Shown: one piece after another, positions 29,120 to 39,351 of the stretch
Layout of the letters: every line of letters starts with the position of its first letter
Position numbering within the stretch: the stretch's first letter is position 1
Assembly (NCBI GenBank): GCA_965208575.1
Contig: CBDBOV010000006.1
Location: 800,001-864,000 of the forward strand
Reading direction: 5' to 3'
DNA: 64,000 nt
DNA from: Spirochaetia bacterium
GTDB lineage: Bacteria > Spirochaetota > Spirochaetia > SZUA-6 > Bin103
Notes under the pieces: generated by a model
The model's database searches: none
The model's input: the letters and a program-made list of their open reading frames with translations, nothing else
Told to the model about the DNA's origin: nothing
Made by a program: the position numbers and the translations under genes

Positions 29120-29203
29120 CAGCCCGTGGTGGAACACCGGCTGCATTCGAGCGGCGCTGCATCCGCCGCTGTCGGTGCGACGCCGGGTTCCACCCTGGGT
29201 TGC
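29119..29203 (-). repeat. Palindromic MITE-like repeat, internally deleted copy
   Basis: Reverse complement matches both ends of 30226-30388 (GGTGGAACCCGGCGTCGCACCGAsAGCGGCG ... GATGCAnCGCCGCnCGAATGnAGCCGG) but lacks the middle ~75 bp. Confidence 0.75.
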
Positions 29204-29408
29204 CACTAGCATGGTGTCCCGCACCTTCTTGCGTGTGCGCCGCGCGCCGGGGGACGGTCACGGCCCCGACGAGGTGACCGCAGGACTACGCCGCCGGCCT
29301 GCTCCCGCTGCGGCCAGCCCCGTGCGCGGCACTGCGCCGCCGGCGGTGGCTTCACTGCAGCCGCCCGTTTCGTTTGCAAAGCGACTTCCGGGCCACCAGG
29401 CTGGCACG

Positions 29409-32400
29409 ATGGTGGCGCTGGCGCTGCGCAGCGCGAGATTTGCCCTGAGCACGGTGACCGGCAAGCGGCGCGTCATCGGAATCGTGCTGCTGCTCGCGCT
29501 GCTGATTCCGTTCTTTGCGCTCAATCGGCTGCCCAAGCTGGACACCGTGCGCGCCGACCTGGCGCTGGCGCTGGCGCCCACCGCGGAGTGCTTTCAGGGG
29601 TTCTGCATCGAGCGCGAGCCCGAGTCCACCTTCCTGCAGCGCTGGTGGCGGTTCTCGCTCACCTACCTGCAACTGGTCACCGCCGGCATGGTGTTCGCGT
29701 TCCTGGCGGGTGGCATCGCCGAGACCTTCCTGATGCCCGCGCCCGCCACCGGCGGCGCCGGATCGCCGCGGCTGCTCGGGGGGCGCTGGGGCCGCATCCT
29801 GAAGGGGCTCGGCATGGGCCCGGTGGTGAACCTGTGCTCAGCGTGTATCGTTCCCGTGTCGAGCGCCATGCACCGGCGCGGGCTCGGCATCGAGGGGTCG
29901 CTGGCGCTGGTGCACGGGTCGGCGACCCTCAACGTGCCCTCGCTGCTGATGATCGCGGTGGTGTTCTCGCCGCTGCTCGGCGCCAGCCGGCTCGCGCTCG
30001 GGCTGACGGCGGCCTTCCTGCTCGGCCCGCTGGTGCTGTGGGTGGCGCGGACGGCTGCCGCGCGACCGGCCGCCTGGGCGGCCTCGGCCGAGGAGGCGGC
30101 GTGCGCGCTGCCGGCGTGGGGGGATGGCGGCGTCCCGGGCGAGCCGCGGCGCCAGGGGTCGGAGGAGCAGACTTCCGCCACCGGGCGTCCCGAAACCAAA
30201 GCCGCCGGCGCCCCATCCGGGTCTCGCAGCCCGTGGTGGAACCCGGCGTCGCACCGAGAGCGGCGAGGCGCCCGCCTGGCAGGGCGCGACGAAACGAGCA
30301 TTTCGGGCATGGGTGAGCGAGCCGCAACGCAGCCAGCCGGGAGGATGCATCGCCGCGCGAATGGAGCCGGAGTTTCGCCACCGGCCGCTGGCGCGCGACC
30401 GGACGCCTGGGCAGCCGCGCCCAAGGATGCGGCGTGTGAGCTGCCGGGATGGGGGCCGCACGGCGCCCCAGGTGGACCAGAGCGGCAGGAGGCCGGGCAG
30501 CACAACTTCGCGAGCGGGCGCCTCGAGATCGTCGCTGGCGGCATCGCCTCCGGGTGTGCCCAAACCGTCGCCGGCGGCGCGGCTTTCGGCCCAACCCGGC
30601 CTGCGCCGGGAGCGTTCCGCAAGCCGGCAGACTCGTGGGCCGCGGTCGCGGTGGCCGGCGTGCGGCAGTGGGCGCGCGCCACCGGGCGCCTGGTGGTGCA
30701 GATGGCGCCGCTGATGGTGGTAGCGGGCTTCGCCAGCGGTGCGGCGATCCAGCTCCTGCAGCCGGAGACGGTCGACGCCTACCTCGGCGACAGCCTCTCG
30801 GGGGTGCTGGCGGCGGCCACCCTGGGCGTGCTGATCAACGTGCCGCTGCTGTTCGAGATTCCGCTGGTCGCGCTGCTGTTGGTGCTGGGGGCGGGGGCGG
30901 CGCCGAGCGCGGCGCTGCTGTTCGCCGCCGCGGCCGGGGGACCGATCACGTTCTGGGGGCTGGCGCGGACGGTCGGCCGCCGCGGCATCGCGGCCTACGC
31001 GGCCGGCACCTGGGCGATCGCCGTGCTGGGCGGGCTGCTGGTGCTGGCGGTGAGCACGCAGTTCCCGGCCCTGCCGCCGTTGCGGGCGGCGATGGTGCCG
31101 GCGGCGCCGCCCGCCGTGAAGCAGACCCCGGCGGGGCCGACCCACGCGCGCCCGGCGGACGCGGTGCCGCTGGAGTTCCGCGACGTCAGCGTCGCCGCCG
31201 GGGTGTCCGGCGACATCTACCACTCCATCGCGACCCACAGTTTGGGCGTGAACTGGATCGACGTGAACCGGGACGGCTGGCCCGACCTGTTCGCGGTGCG
31301 CGGCGATGCCGGGCTCGCACCGCGCCTGTTTCTGAACCGCGGCGACGGCAGCTTCGAGCCGCGCCATGACCTGCTGCCGGAGTTGCCCGCCATGGAGATG
31401 TCGGGCTCGGTGTTCGCCGACTACGACAACGACGGCGACGACGACATCTACGTGTACACCGACCACCCGGAGTGGAGCCTGCAGGGATACAACGCGCCCG
31501 ACGGGCCGCCCAACCTGCTGCTCAAGAATCTTTTCTCCGAGCACGGCGGCCGCCTGCCTGCCGCCGGGCCGTTGTTCGCGGAGGTGGCCGCGGCCGCCGG
31601 AGTGGACGACCTGGCGCCGGCTCCGTTCGGGGAGCTGCCGGCGTACCGCACCAAGGCGGCCAACTGGCTCGACTACGACCGCGACGGCTGCGTCGACCTG
31701 TACGTCGGCCACATCGTGATCAACAACGAGGCGGACCCGGCCAACCGCGACCGCCTGTTTCACAACGAGTGCGACGGCACCTTCACCGATGCCACCGACC
31801 ACGCGCTGCCCCTGACCGCCGACTATCGCGCCGCGCTGGTGGTGTACGGCGCCCACCTCGACGACGACCTGTGGCCCGACCTGTACGTGGTGAACGTGGC
31901 CGGCAACGGCGCCAACCGGACGCTGCACACCGACCAGGTCTACCGCAACCGGGGCGGCCGCTTCGTGCAGGTGTTCGCCGACTGGCCGTGGATCGGCGAC
32001 GACGCGCAGGCGGGCATGGGCATCGCCGCCGCCGACGTCGACCTGAACGGCACCTGGGACCTGTACATCACCGACCTGCTGGACGCCACCACGCTGGAGC
32101 GTCCCCCGGGCGGCAACGTGCTGTACCTGGGCGACGCGTCGGGGGCCTGGGCCGACAACAAGGCGGCCGGCGCCGGCGTGGCGGGCACCGATTCGTGGGG
32201 CATCAACTTCCTGGACGCCGACCACGACGGCTGGGAGGACCTTTACGTCGCCACCATGGTGCACCTCAACGACGAGTTGCTGTACGCAAACAATCGCAAC
32301 GGCACCTTCACCAACGTGGCGGCGCAGGCCGGCTACGACGGCTACGACACCGGCGCCAGCCGCGGCAGCGCGGTGGCCGACTACGACGGCGACGGCGACC

Positions 32401-32837
32401 TCGACATCGCGGTCGTCAACCAGCATGAGCCGCACTGCGCGGAGGGTCCTCCCCCATCCTGCTCGCTGCAACTGCTGCGCAACGACACGGCGACCGCGGG
32501 CAACTGGCTCAAGCTGCGCCTGACCGGCACCGCCAGCAACCGCAGCGCCATCGGCGCCCTGGTGCGGGTACAGGCTGGGCCGCTCCGGCTGATGCGACAG
32601 GTCACCGGCGGCTCCAGCGGCCACTCCCAGAACAGCCTGGTGGTGCACTTCGGCCTCGGCCGGGCGGAGGTGGTCGACCGGGTGGAGATCCTGTGGCCGT
32701 CCGGGGCGCGCACGAACTGGAGCGCGCAGCCGTCCGATACGCTGATCGACGTGGTCGAGGGCCGGGCGTGCGCGGACGGGCAGCGCGCCGAGTGCGTGGA
32801 AACGGCTCCAGGTATCGAGGACCGCCAACCAAGCTAA
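29409..32837 (+). CDS. Fusion of DUF318/ArsP-like permease and CRTAC1-like (FG-GAP plus ASPIC/UnbV) domain
   Basis: N-terminal multi-TM region with [13 protein letters not shown] and [11 protein letters not shown]; low-complexity loop; then DxNx[11 protein letters not shown] repeats and NRSAIGA...VHFGLG...EILWPSG. Start uncertain. Confidence 0.8.
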   Translation: MVALALRSARFALSTVTGKRRVIGIVLLLALLIPFFALNRLPKLDTVRADLALALAPTAECFQGFCIEREPESTFLQRWWRFSLTYLQLVTAGMVFAFLAGGIAETFLMPAPATGGAGSPRLLGGRWGRILKGLGMGPVVNLCSACIVPVSSAMHRRGLGIEGSLALVHGSATLNVPSLLMIAVVFSPLLGASRLALGLTAAFLLGPLVLWVARTAAARPAAWAASAEEAACALPAWGDGGVPGEPRRQGSEEQTSATGRPETKAAGAPSGSRSPWWNPASHRERRGARLAGRDETSISGMGERAATQPAGRMHRRANGAGVSPPAAGARPDAWAAAPKDAACELPGWGPHGAPGGPERQEAGQHNFASGRLEIVAGGIASGCAQTVAGGAAFGPTRPAPGAFRKPADSWAAVAVAGVRQWARATGRLVVQMAPLMVVAGFASGAAIQLLQPETVDAYLGDSLSGVLAAATLGVLINVPLLFEIPLVALLLVLGAGAAPSAALLFAAAAGGPITFWGLARTVGRRGIAAYAAGTWAIAVLGGLLVLAVSTQFPALPPLRAAMVPAAPPAVKQTPAGPTHARPADAVPLEFRDVSVAAGVSGDIYHSIATHSLGVNWIDVNRDGWPDLFAVRGDAGLAPRLFLNRGDGSFEPRHDLLPELPAMEMSGSVFADYDNDGDDDIYVYTDHPEWSLQGYNAPDGPPNLLLKNLFSEHGGRLPAAGPLFAEVAAAAGVDDLAPAPFGELPAYRTKAANWLDYDRDGCVDLYVGHIVINNEADPANRDRLFHNECDGTFTDATDHALPLTADYRAALVVYGAHLDDDLWPDLYVVNVAGNGANRTLHTDQVYRNRGGRFVQVFADWPWIGDDAQAGMGIAAADVDLNGTWDLYITDLLDATTLERPPGGNVLYLGDASGAWADNKAAGAGVAGTDSWGINFLDADHDGWEDLYVATMVHLNDELLYANNRNGTFTNVAAQAGYDGYDTGASRGSAVADYDGDGDLDIAVVNQHEPHCAEGPPPSCSLQLLRNDTATAGNWLKLRLTGTASNRSAIGALVRVQAGPLRLMRQVTGGSSGHSQNSLVVHFGLGRAEVVDRVEILWPSGARTNWSAQPSDTLIDVVEGRACADGQRAECVETAPGIEDRQPS
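30226..30388 (+). repeat. Palindromic MITE-like repeat inserted in-frame in a CDS
   Basis: Imperfect terminal IR GCAGCCCGTGGTGGAAC-CCGGC / GCCGGAGTTTCGCCACCGGCCGC; homologous to intergenic copies at 54041-54198 and 29119-29203. Confidence 0.75.
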
Positions 32838-34129
32838 AAGGTGAGGTTGACCGGCGGGCAGGAGGGATCGGTCACCGCGCACTGGCCGAGTTGGCCGTGG
32901 TCGTTGCTGCCCCAGCCCCACAGGGTGCCGTCGGTCTTCAGCGCCACGGTGCCGTGGCCGGCGGCGGCGACCGCGTGCCAGTCGTCGTCCCAGGTCCAGC
33001 TCCACAGGTCCCGGAACCGCTTCACCCGATCCGGCGTGAGCCGGCGCCGGACCGTCCACCGCTGCCCGAGCTGGCCGCGGTTGTTCAGCCCCCACGCCCA
33101 CAGGGTGCCGTCGCTGCGCAGCCCCACGGTGTGCGCCTCGCCGGCCGCCACCGCTCGCCAGTCCGAACCGGATCGCACCCGTACCGGCTCGGGGCGGTCG
33201 GTGGTGCTGCCGTCGCCGAGCTGGCCGGTGCCGTTTGCGCCCCAGGCCCACAGCGTACCGTCGGCACGCACGGCAACGGTGTGGGCCTCGCCGGCCGCCA
33301 CCGCGCTCCAGTCCGCCCGCGTTCCCACCTGCACCGGTTCGGGGCGGTCGGCGGTGCTGCCGTCGCCGAGCTGACCGCTCCAGTTGGCGCCCCAGGTCCA
33401 CAGCGTGCCGTCGGCACGCAGGGCAACGGAGTGGGCCTCACCGGCGGCCACCACGCGCCAGTCGGCGCGCGCACCCACCCGTACCGGGCTCGACCGGTTC
33501 TCCCACCCGCCGTCGCCGAGCTGACCGAGGTCGTTGCGCCCCCACGTCCACAGCGTGCCGTCACGGCGCACGGCGACGGTGTGCCCGAAGCCGGCGGCCG
33601 CGGCCCGCCACCTGCCGCCGCCGGCCACCTGCACCGGGCTCGATCGGTCGGTGGTGGTGGCGTCGCCGAGCTGGCCGGCGCCGTTGGAGCCCCACGCCCA
33701 CAGCGTGCCGTTGCTCCGCACCGCGACGGTGTGCACCGCTCCGGCGGCCACAGTTCGCCACCTGCTTCCCGCGCCCACCTGCACCGGACTGGCGCGGTCG
33801 GTAGTGGAACCGTCGCCGAGCTGGCCGGACGAGTTCCGGCCCCAGGCCCAAAGCGCGCCGTCGCTCTTCAGCACGAAGGTGTGCGAGGACGCCGCCGCGA
33901 CCGCGCTCACGGTCGTCGCGCAGACGCCTCCGAGGCCGAGCGCGCACCGCACCTGCAAGCAGCCCGCCAGGCTCGCAAGTGCCGGAACGGCCGCCACCGC
34001 CAGGAGCACCAGGCGCCCGGTCCCAAACCCGACGTGCCTAGACCAGGCCGTCCGAGACCGGGCGAAGAATGGCGGCGAACCGCGTCCGGCACTGGCTGCA
34101 ATAGTGCTGGCTGCAATAGTGCTGGACAT
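32834..34129 (-). CDS. RCC1-repeat (beta-propeller) protein
   Basis: About 7 tandem ~50-aa repeats VAAGxxHTVAxRxDGTLWxWGxNxxGQLGDG. Confidence 0.9.
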   Translation of the reverse strand: MSSTIAASTIAASAGRGSPPFFARSRTAWSRHVGFGTGRLVLLAVAAVPALASLAGCLQVRCALGLGGVCATTVSAVAAASSHTFVLKSDGALWAWGRNSSGQLGDGSTTDRASPVQVGAGSRWRTVAAGAVHTVAVRSNGTLWAWGSNGAGQLGDATTTDRSSPVQVAGGGRWRAAAAGFGHTVAVRRDGTLWTWGRNDLGQLGDGGWENRSSPVRVGARADWRVVAAGEAHSVALRADGTLWTWGANWSGQLGDGSTADRPEPVQVGTRADWSAVAAGEAHTVAVRADGTLWAWGANGTGQLGDGSTTDRPEPVRVRSGSDWRAVAAGEAHTVGLRSDGTLWAWGLNNRGQLGQRWTVRRRLTPDRVKRFRDLWSWTWDDDWHAVAAAGHGTVALKTDGTLWGWGSNDHGQLGQCAVTDPSCPPVNLTF

Positions 34130-34242
34130 CCGGTTCGGCCTACCCGTTCACAAGGTGCAAGTCAAGAGGCCGCGGGTGCCAGGGGGTGCCAAGGACCGCG
34201 TGAGCGGCCCTGCCGGTCCCGGGTACGTTACGGTGGCGGAGG

Positions 34243-35829
34243 TTAACGGTAGTCGCCGACCTCGTTCAGGAAGCGGCTGTGCGCCGCGTGGTGCAGCTCG
34301 ACGTAGCGGTCGATGCCCATGTTCTTCATCTGCTGTACGTAGCCGTCCCACTCCTTGTCGATATCGCCGGCGCCGGTGATCCAGCGCGCCTGGTTGGTCT
34401 TCCAGAGCTTCTCGATGTCGGTGCGCAGGGTGTTGACCTCGGTCTGCTCGTCGGAGGCGAACTCCGCGCGCACCCACTGTTCCTTGGCCTTGAAGCGCAC
34501 GTAGTGCTCGTAGTACTGGTCGAACAGGAACTGGGTGGCCGTATCCATGGCCAGATTGGGCCCGAAGTCCTCCTCGCGGAAGATGCTCGGGAAGGTACCG
34601 GCGGTGGCAATCTGCGCGCGCCGCTCGGGATCGATCGGCTGCGGCACCCACACGCCGTTCTCCTGCGCGATGCCCTCGGGCGCGAACCCGAACTGCGCCT
34701 GCACGCTGTTCTCGAGCGTGTAGAAGCGGTCCACGAACGCCATGGTGTGCTCGGGATAGGGGTTGACGTCGGTCATGAACCACACGTTCTTGATCGCCAG
34801 CCGGCCCGGATGCACCCACATCTCCGGCTCGTAGCCGGGTGCGCGCAGCGGCGGGATCGACTCGAACTCGCCGCGGTTGGCGGTGGCATCGTTGACCGGG
34901 GTGAACCCGCGGCGGGCGATCACGAAGCCGTAGATGTTGCCGGACGGGTCATCCACCTTGGCGTTGAAGTCGTTGGAGTTCATGGTGAAGCTCTCCGGGT
35001 CGATCAGCCCCTCGCTGTACAGGTCGGCCATGTAGGTGATCAGGTCGCGGTAGCCCTGCGTGATCGGTGCGAAGTAGGCCTGGCCGTCGCGGATCGCGAT
35101 GCCGTTCTTGGTCGGCATGCCCCAGATTCCGTACATCGAGCGCAGGTGCTGGGCGAAGCCGTCGTTGACCACGAACGCGAACGGAATCTCGTCCGCCTTT
35201 CCGTTGCCGTTGGGGTCGCCGTCCCGGAACGCGATCAGCACGTCGCGCAGCTCGCCGGTGGTGGTCGGCGCTTCCAGGCCCAGGGCATCGAGCCAGCGCC
35301 GGTTGATCATGTAGTTCTGTTCCAGGTAGTTGGACTCCAGAAAGTGGAACCGCGCCAGCGCCTGCATCTGGCCCTGCGGGTTGAGCATGTAGGCCAGCGC
35401 CTCCGGCTTCTCGGCAAAGATGCGATCCAGGTTCGGGGTGTAGCCCTTGCCGAGGTGCGGACGCAGGTCGGCCACCACGCCGTTCTGCAGCATCCCGGCG
35501 ATCAGGTTCTTGTGCCCGCCGGCGACGCCGAACATCATGTCCGGGGAGTTGTCGGACGCGAACACGATCGGCATTTGCTCGGCGCCCATCCACACCCACT
35601 CCAGGTTCACGCCGGTGGGCGCGCCCCAACTCTGCACCCACGGGTTGTCGGTGGGATCGTGGCTCCAGGTATGGCCGGCCAGCATCGAAATGGCAGGCTC
35701 GACCGGAAAAATGCCCGCAGCCGTCGGTTCGTCCGCCGAGGCTCCACGCTCGGCGGAACCCCAAGCGAACAGCGCCGCCGGCGCCGCCAGAAACGCCGCG
35801 GCACAGACCGCGTTCAGGAGATTCGTCAT
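34243..35829 (-). CDS. Extracellular solute-binding protein (carbohydrate ABC, family 1-like)
   Basis: Start MTNLL (TGATG overlap with the upstream gene); INRRWLDALGL, PTTTGEL, DPNGNGKADEIP, LYSEGLID; near-duplicate of 36773-38362. Confidence 0.9.
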   Translation of the reverse strand: MTNLLNAVCAAAFLAAPAALFAWGSAERGASADEPTAAGIFPVEPAISMLAGHTWSHDPTDNPWVQSWGAPTGVNLEWVWMGAEQMPIVFASDNSPDMMFGVAGGHKNLIAGMLQNGVVADLRPHLGKGYTPNLDRIFAEKPEALAYMLNPQGQMQALARFHFLESNYLEQNYMINRRWLDALGLEAPTTTGELRDVLIAFRDGDPNGNGKADEIPFAFVVNDGFAQHLRSMYGIWGMPTKNGIAIRDGQAYFAPITQGYRDLITYMADLYSEGLIDPESFTMNSNDFNAKVDDPSGNIYGFVIARRGFTPVNDATANRGEFESIPPLRAPGYEPEMWVHPGRLAIKNVWFMTDVNPYPEHTMAFVDRFYTLENSVQAQFGFAPEGIAQENGVWVPQPIDPERRAQIATAGTFPSIFREEDFGPNLAMDTATQFLFDQYYEHYVRFKAKEQWVRAEFASDEQTEVNTLRTDIEKLWKTNQARWITGAGDIDKEWDGYVQQMKNMGIDRYVELHHAAHSRFLNEVGDYR

Positions 35830-36680
35830 CAGTAGCTTCCCTGCGGCACGCCGGCCCAGCGCCGCTCCCATTCGGCGTAGCGGACGACCGCCGCCGGATC
35901 GCGCGGACTGCGGGCGACGAAGCCCTTGTCGCGGCCCGACTCGGTGGCATGGTCGGTGGCCTCGTAGCGGACGTCGAGCGACCAGCGCACCGCGTCGGAG
36001 TGGTTGGACAGCGCGCGATGCGGGGTCTTCTCGGTAAAGCACAGCAGGTCGCCCGGTTGCATCTCGACGGACACGCCGTTCAGGGCCTGGCGGTCCTGCG
36101 GCGAGAGCCCGAGGAAGCCGGTCTCCTCGTCGTGGTGGCCGGCGAACAACGGACCGCGGTGCATGCGCGGCGCCACCTGCAGGCAACTGTTGAGCTCACC
36201 GACCGCCTGCAGCGGGTACCACAGCGAGAGCACGTGGCCGTCCGCGGCGTCCGGGTAGTACTGGGCGTCCTGGTGCCACGGGGTGCGGGTCCAGGCCTGG
36301 TCGGGCAGCTTGGGCCGGGCGTTGAAGATGCCGTGCACGGAAACCTCCGGCGTGCCGAGCAGGCCCTCGGCCACGTCCAGGAGCGCCGGGTGCACCAGGA
36401 TGCGGTACATCTCCGGGCTCACCAGGTCGCGCCGCGGGCTGCGGCTGTACTTGGGCCGGCCGGCATCGTGCCACACCTGCACCAGGCGGTGCCCGAAGTC
36501 GAGATCCTTGCGCGGATCCGCGATGCGTCCTTCGCCGAGCCACTGCTCGATCGTCTCGTCGGCCCAGCGCCCGAGAACGTGCCCGGTAAGGCGCAGGAGG
36601 TCGCGCGGCAACACCCCGCGCAGGTGCAGGTAGCCTTCGCGGCGATAGAGATCTCTTTGCTGCGTGGTAACGGTCAGCAG
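35829..36680 (-). CDS. Phytanoyl-CoA dioxygenase (PhyH) family 2OG-Fe(II) oxygenase; start uncertain
   Basis: YRREGYL, WHQD, SCLQVAP, GDLLCF, TPHRA...N, RWSLDVRY. No ATG/GTG/TTG near the expected N-terminus; CTG at 36680 proposed. Confidence 0.85.
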   Translation of the reverse strand: MLTVTTQQRDLYRREGYLHLRGVLPRDLLRLTGHVLGRWADETIEQWLGEGRIADPRKDLDFGHRLVQVWHDAGRPKYSRSPRRDLVSPEMYRILVHPALLDVAEGLLGTPEVSVHGIFNARPKLPDQAWTRTPWHQDAQYYPDAADGHVLSLWYPLQAVGELNSCLQVAPRMHRGPLFAGHHDEETGFLGLSPQDRQALNGVSVEMQPGDLLCFTEKTPHRALSNHSDAVRWSLDVRYEATDHATESGRDKGFVARSPRDPAAVVRYAEWERRWAGVPQGSY

Positions 36681-36772
36681 GGTCGCCCCCGGATCAATGG
36701 ATGGGATGGGCCGGCAGACTGCGCACGCAGCCCGCCGGCCATCCCGGGGTTCGAAAGACGGTTCTGAACGAT

Positions 36773-38362
36773 CTAACGGTAGTCGCCGACCTCGTTCAGG
36801 AAGCGGCTGTGCGCCGCGTGGTGCAACTCGACGTAGCGGTCGATGCCCATGTTCTTCATCTGCTTCACGTAGTCGTCCCACTCCCGGTCGATGTCGCCGG
36901 CGCCGGTGATCCAGCGCGCCTGGTTGGTCTTCCAGAGCTTTTCGATATCGGTGCGCAGGGTGTTGACCTCGGTCTGCTCGTCGGAGGCGAACTCGGCGCG
37001 CACCCACTGTTCCTTCGCCTTGTACTGCACGTAGTGATCGTAATACTGGTCATACAGGAACTGGGTGGCCGTATCCATGGCGATGTTGGGACCGAAATCC
37101 TCCTCGCGGAAGATGCTCGGGAACGTCCCCTGAGTGGCGATCTGTGCGCGGCGTTCGGGATCGATCGGCTGCGGAACCCACACGCCGCCCTCCTGCGCCA
37201 CGCCTTCCGGTGCGAACCCGTACTGCGCCTGCACGCTGTTCTCGAGCGTGTAGAAGCGGTCCACGAACGCCATGGTGTGCTGGGGATAGGGGTTGACGTC
37301 GGTCATGAACCACACGTTCTTGATCGCCAGCCGGCCCGGATGCACCCACATCTCCGGCTCGTAGCCGGGCGCGCGCAGCGGCGGAATCGACTCGAACTCG
37401 CCGCGGTTGGCGGTGGCGTCGTTGACCGGCGTGAAGCCGCGCCGCGCGACCACGAAGCCGTAGATGTTGCCGGACGGATCGTCCACCTTGGCGTTGAAGT
37501 CGTTCGAGTTCATGGTGAAGCTCTCCGGGTCGATCAGCCCCTCGCTGTACAGGTCGGCCATGTAGGTAATCAGGTCGCGGTAGCCCTGCGTGATCGGTGC
37601 GAAGTAGGCCTGGCCGTCGCGGATCGCGATGCCGTTCTTGGTCGGCATGCCCCAGATGCCGTACATTGAGCGCAGGTGCTGGGCGAACCCGTCGTTGACC
37701 ACGAACGCGAACGGAATCTCGTCCGCCTTGCCGTTGCCGTTGGGGTCGCCGTCGCGGAACGCGATCAGCACGTCGCGCAGCTCGCCGGTGGTGGTCGGCG
37801 CGTCCAGGCCCAGCGCGTCGAGCCAGCGCCGGTTGATCATGTAGTTCTGCTCCAGGTAGTTGGACTCCAGGAACAGGAACCGCGCCAACGCCTGCATCTG
37901 ACCCTGCGGGTTCATCATGTAGGCCAGCGCCTCCGGCTTCTCGGCGAAGATCCGGTCCAGGTTCGGCGTGTAGCCCTTGCCGAGGTGCTGGCGAAGGTCG
38001 GTTACCACGCCCTCCTGCAGCAACTGCGCGATCAGGTTCTTGTGCAGGCCGGTGACGCCGAACATCATCGCCGGGTAGTCGTCCGACGCGAACACGATCG
38101 ACATCTTCTCGGTGCTGTCCATCAGCACCCACTCCAGGTTGACGCCGGTCGGTGCGGCCCAGCTCTGGATCCAGGGGTTGTCCTCCGGATCATGCGTCCA
38201 GGTATGGCCGGCCACCATGGTGATGGCTGGCTCGACCGGGAATATGCCGGGCGCGGTCAGCTCGTCCGCCGAGGCGGCCTCCTCGCCGGCCGCCGCCGCG
38301 AACAGGGCCGCCGGGGTTGCCAGCAGCGCCGCGGCGCAGATAAATGTGAATGCTTTTCTCAT
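36773..38362 (-). CDS. Extracellular solute-binding protein (carbohydrate ABC, family 1-like)
   Basis: SD AAGGAGGA before ATG 38362 (MRKAF...LFAAAAGEE); same motifs as 34243-35829. Confidence 0.92.
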   Translation of the reverse strand: MRKAFTFICAAALLATPAALFAAAAGEEAASADELTAPGIFPVEPAITMVAGHTWTHDPEDNPWIQSWAAPTGVNLEWVLMDSTEKMSIVFASDDYPAMMFGVTGLHKNLIAQLLQEGVVTDLRQHLGKGYTPNLDRIFAEKPEALAYMMNPQGQMQALARFLFLESNYLEQNYMINRRWLDALGLDAPTTTGELRDVLIAFRDGDPNGNGKADEIPFAFVVNDGFAQHLRSMYGIWGMPTKNGIAIRDGQAYFAPITQGYRDLITYMADLYSEGLIDPESFTMNSNDFNAKVDDPSGNIYGFVVARRGFTPVNDATANRGEFESIPPLRAPGYEPEMWVHPGRLAIKNVWFMTDVNPYPQHTMAFVDRFYTLENSVQAQYGFAPEGVAQEGGVWVPQPIDPERRAQIATQGTFPSIFREEDFGPNIAMDTATQFLYDQYYDHYVQYKAKEQWVRAEFASDEQTEVNTLRTDIEKLWKTNQARWITGAGDIDREWDDYVKQMKNMGIDRYVELHHAAHSRFLNEVGDYR

Positions 38363-38441
38363 TGCATCCTCCTTGTGGTGATATGTCCCGCGCAGGCGGG
38401 ACCCGTTGCCGTTACGGCTCAATACGGCTTGCGGAACAGGG

Positions 38442-39344
38442 TTATCCCTTTATGGAACCCACCATGATGCCCTTGACGAAATGGCGTTGAATGAAGGGGT
38501 AGAGGATCATCAGCGGGGCAATGGCTACCACTATCGTACCATAGCGCAGCAGATCCGCCAAAACCTGGCGGCGCTGGATCTCCTCGGGCGAAAGCGCCTC
38601 CAGGCCCTCGCCGCCGCCTGACAGGAGCTGGTTGAGAATGAGCATGCGCCGCAACACGAGCTGCAGCGGGTACTTGGCCTGGTCGTTGATGAACAGCAGG
38701 GCGTGGAAGAACGCATTCCAGTTCTGCACCACGTTGAACAGCACCACGATGGCGATGATCGCCTGCCCCACCGGCAGCACGATGCTGATGAAGAAGCGCG
38801 TGTTGGTGCAGCCGTCGAGCTGCGCCGACTCCAGCAGCTCGTCGGGGATGTTGGACTGGAAGAAGGTGCGCGCCACGATCAGGTTGAACACGTTGACGGC
38901 GTTGGGCAGCATCAGCGACCAGATCGAGTCCTTCAGGCCGAGCTTGAGCACGACCACGTAGAACGGAATGATGCCGCCGGTAAAGTACAGGGTGAACACG
39001 AAGTAGAACATGATCAGCCCGCGCCAGCGCATGTCGCGGCGCGACAGCGCGTAGGCGGCGGGAATGGTGAGCACCAGCGACACGACGGTCTGGCCGACCG
39101 CGTAGACGAGCGAGTTGCGGTAGCCGATCATGATGCGCTTGTCGCGCAGGATGTAGGAATAGCCTTCCACGTTGAAGCCCTCCGGCCACAGGTAGACGTG
39201 GCCGGCGGACACCAGGGTCGGCGAGCTGACCGACGCGATCACCACGAAGTAGACCGGATACAGGGTGGCCACCAGGATCACCGCGAGCATGGCCACGTTG
39301 ACGCGGTCGAACAGCCGGTCGGCGCGGCTGCGGAAATCTACCAA
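38442..39344 (-). CDS. Carbohydrate ABC permease (MalG-like)
   Basis: AAYALSR, GGIIPFY, IPDELLESAQLDG EAA loop, PFIQRHFVKGIMVGSIKG; TTG start assumed. Confidence 0.93.
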   Translation of the reverse strand: MVDFRSRADRLFDRVNVAMLAVILVATLYPVYFVVIASVSSPTLVSAGHVYLWPEGFNVEGYSYILRDKRIMIGYRNSLVYAVGQTVVSLVLTIPAAYALSRRDMRWRGLIMFYFVFTLYFTGGIIPFYVVVLKLGLKDSIWSLMLPNAVNVFNLIVARTFFQSNIPDELLESAQLDGCTNTRFFISIVLPVGQAIIAIVVLFNVVQNWNAFFHALLFINDQAKYPLQLVLRRMLILNQLLSGGGEGLEALSPEEIQRRQVLADLLRYGTIVVAIAPLMILYPFIQRHFVKGIMVGSIKG

Positions 39345-39351
39345 CGCGGCG

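Noticed and set aside
29838-33401. 1187-aa minus-strand ORF, and other long antisense or alternate-frame ORFs (22191-24224, 25249-27156, 32693-34246, 34279-35835, 54038-55531, 60453-62162)
   Set aside because: Shadow frames of well-supported genes in high-GC DNA, with Arg/Gly/Ala/Pro-rich translations and no recognisable motifs.
32900-33900. Regular ~150-bp DNA repeats resembling an array
   Set aside because: They encode RCC1 protein repeats; there is no identical repeat with unique spacers, so this is not CRISPR.
34092-34125. 15-bp tandem duplication at the RCC1 gene start (and a 12-bp one at ~53074-53100)
   Set aside because: Small in-frame slippage duplications in N-terminal tails; unremarkable.
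34243-38362. DGR-like template/variable repeat pair among the duplicated SBPs
   Set aside because: There is no reverse transcriptase in the window, differences are not adenine-specific, and both copies are full genes.
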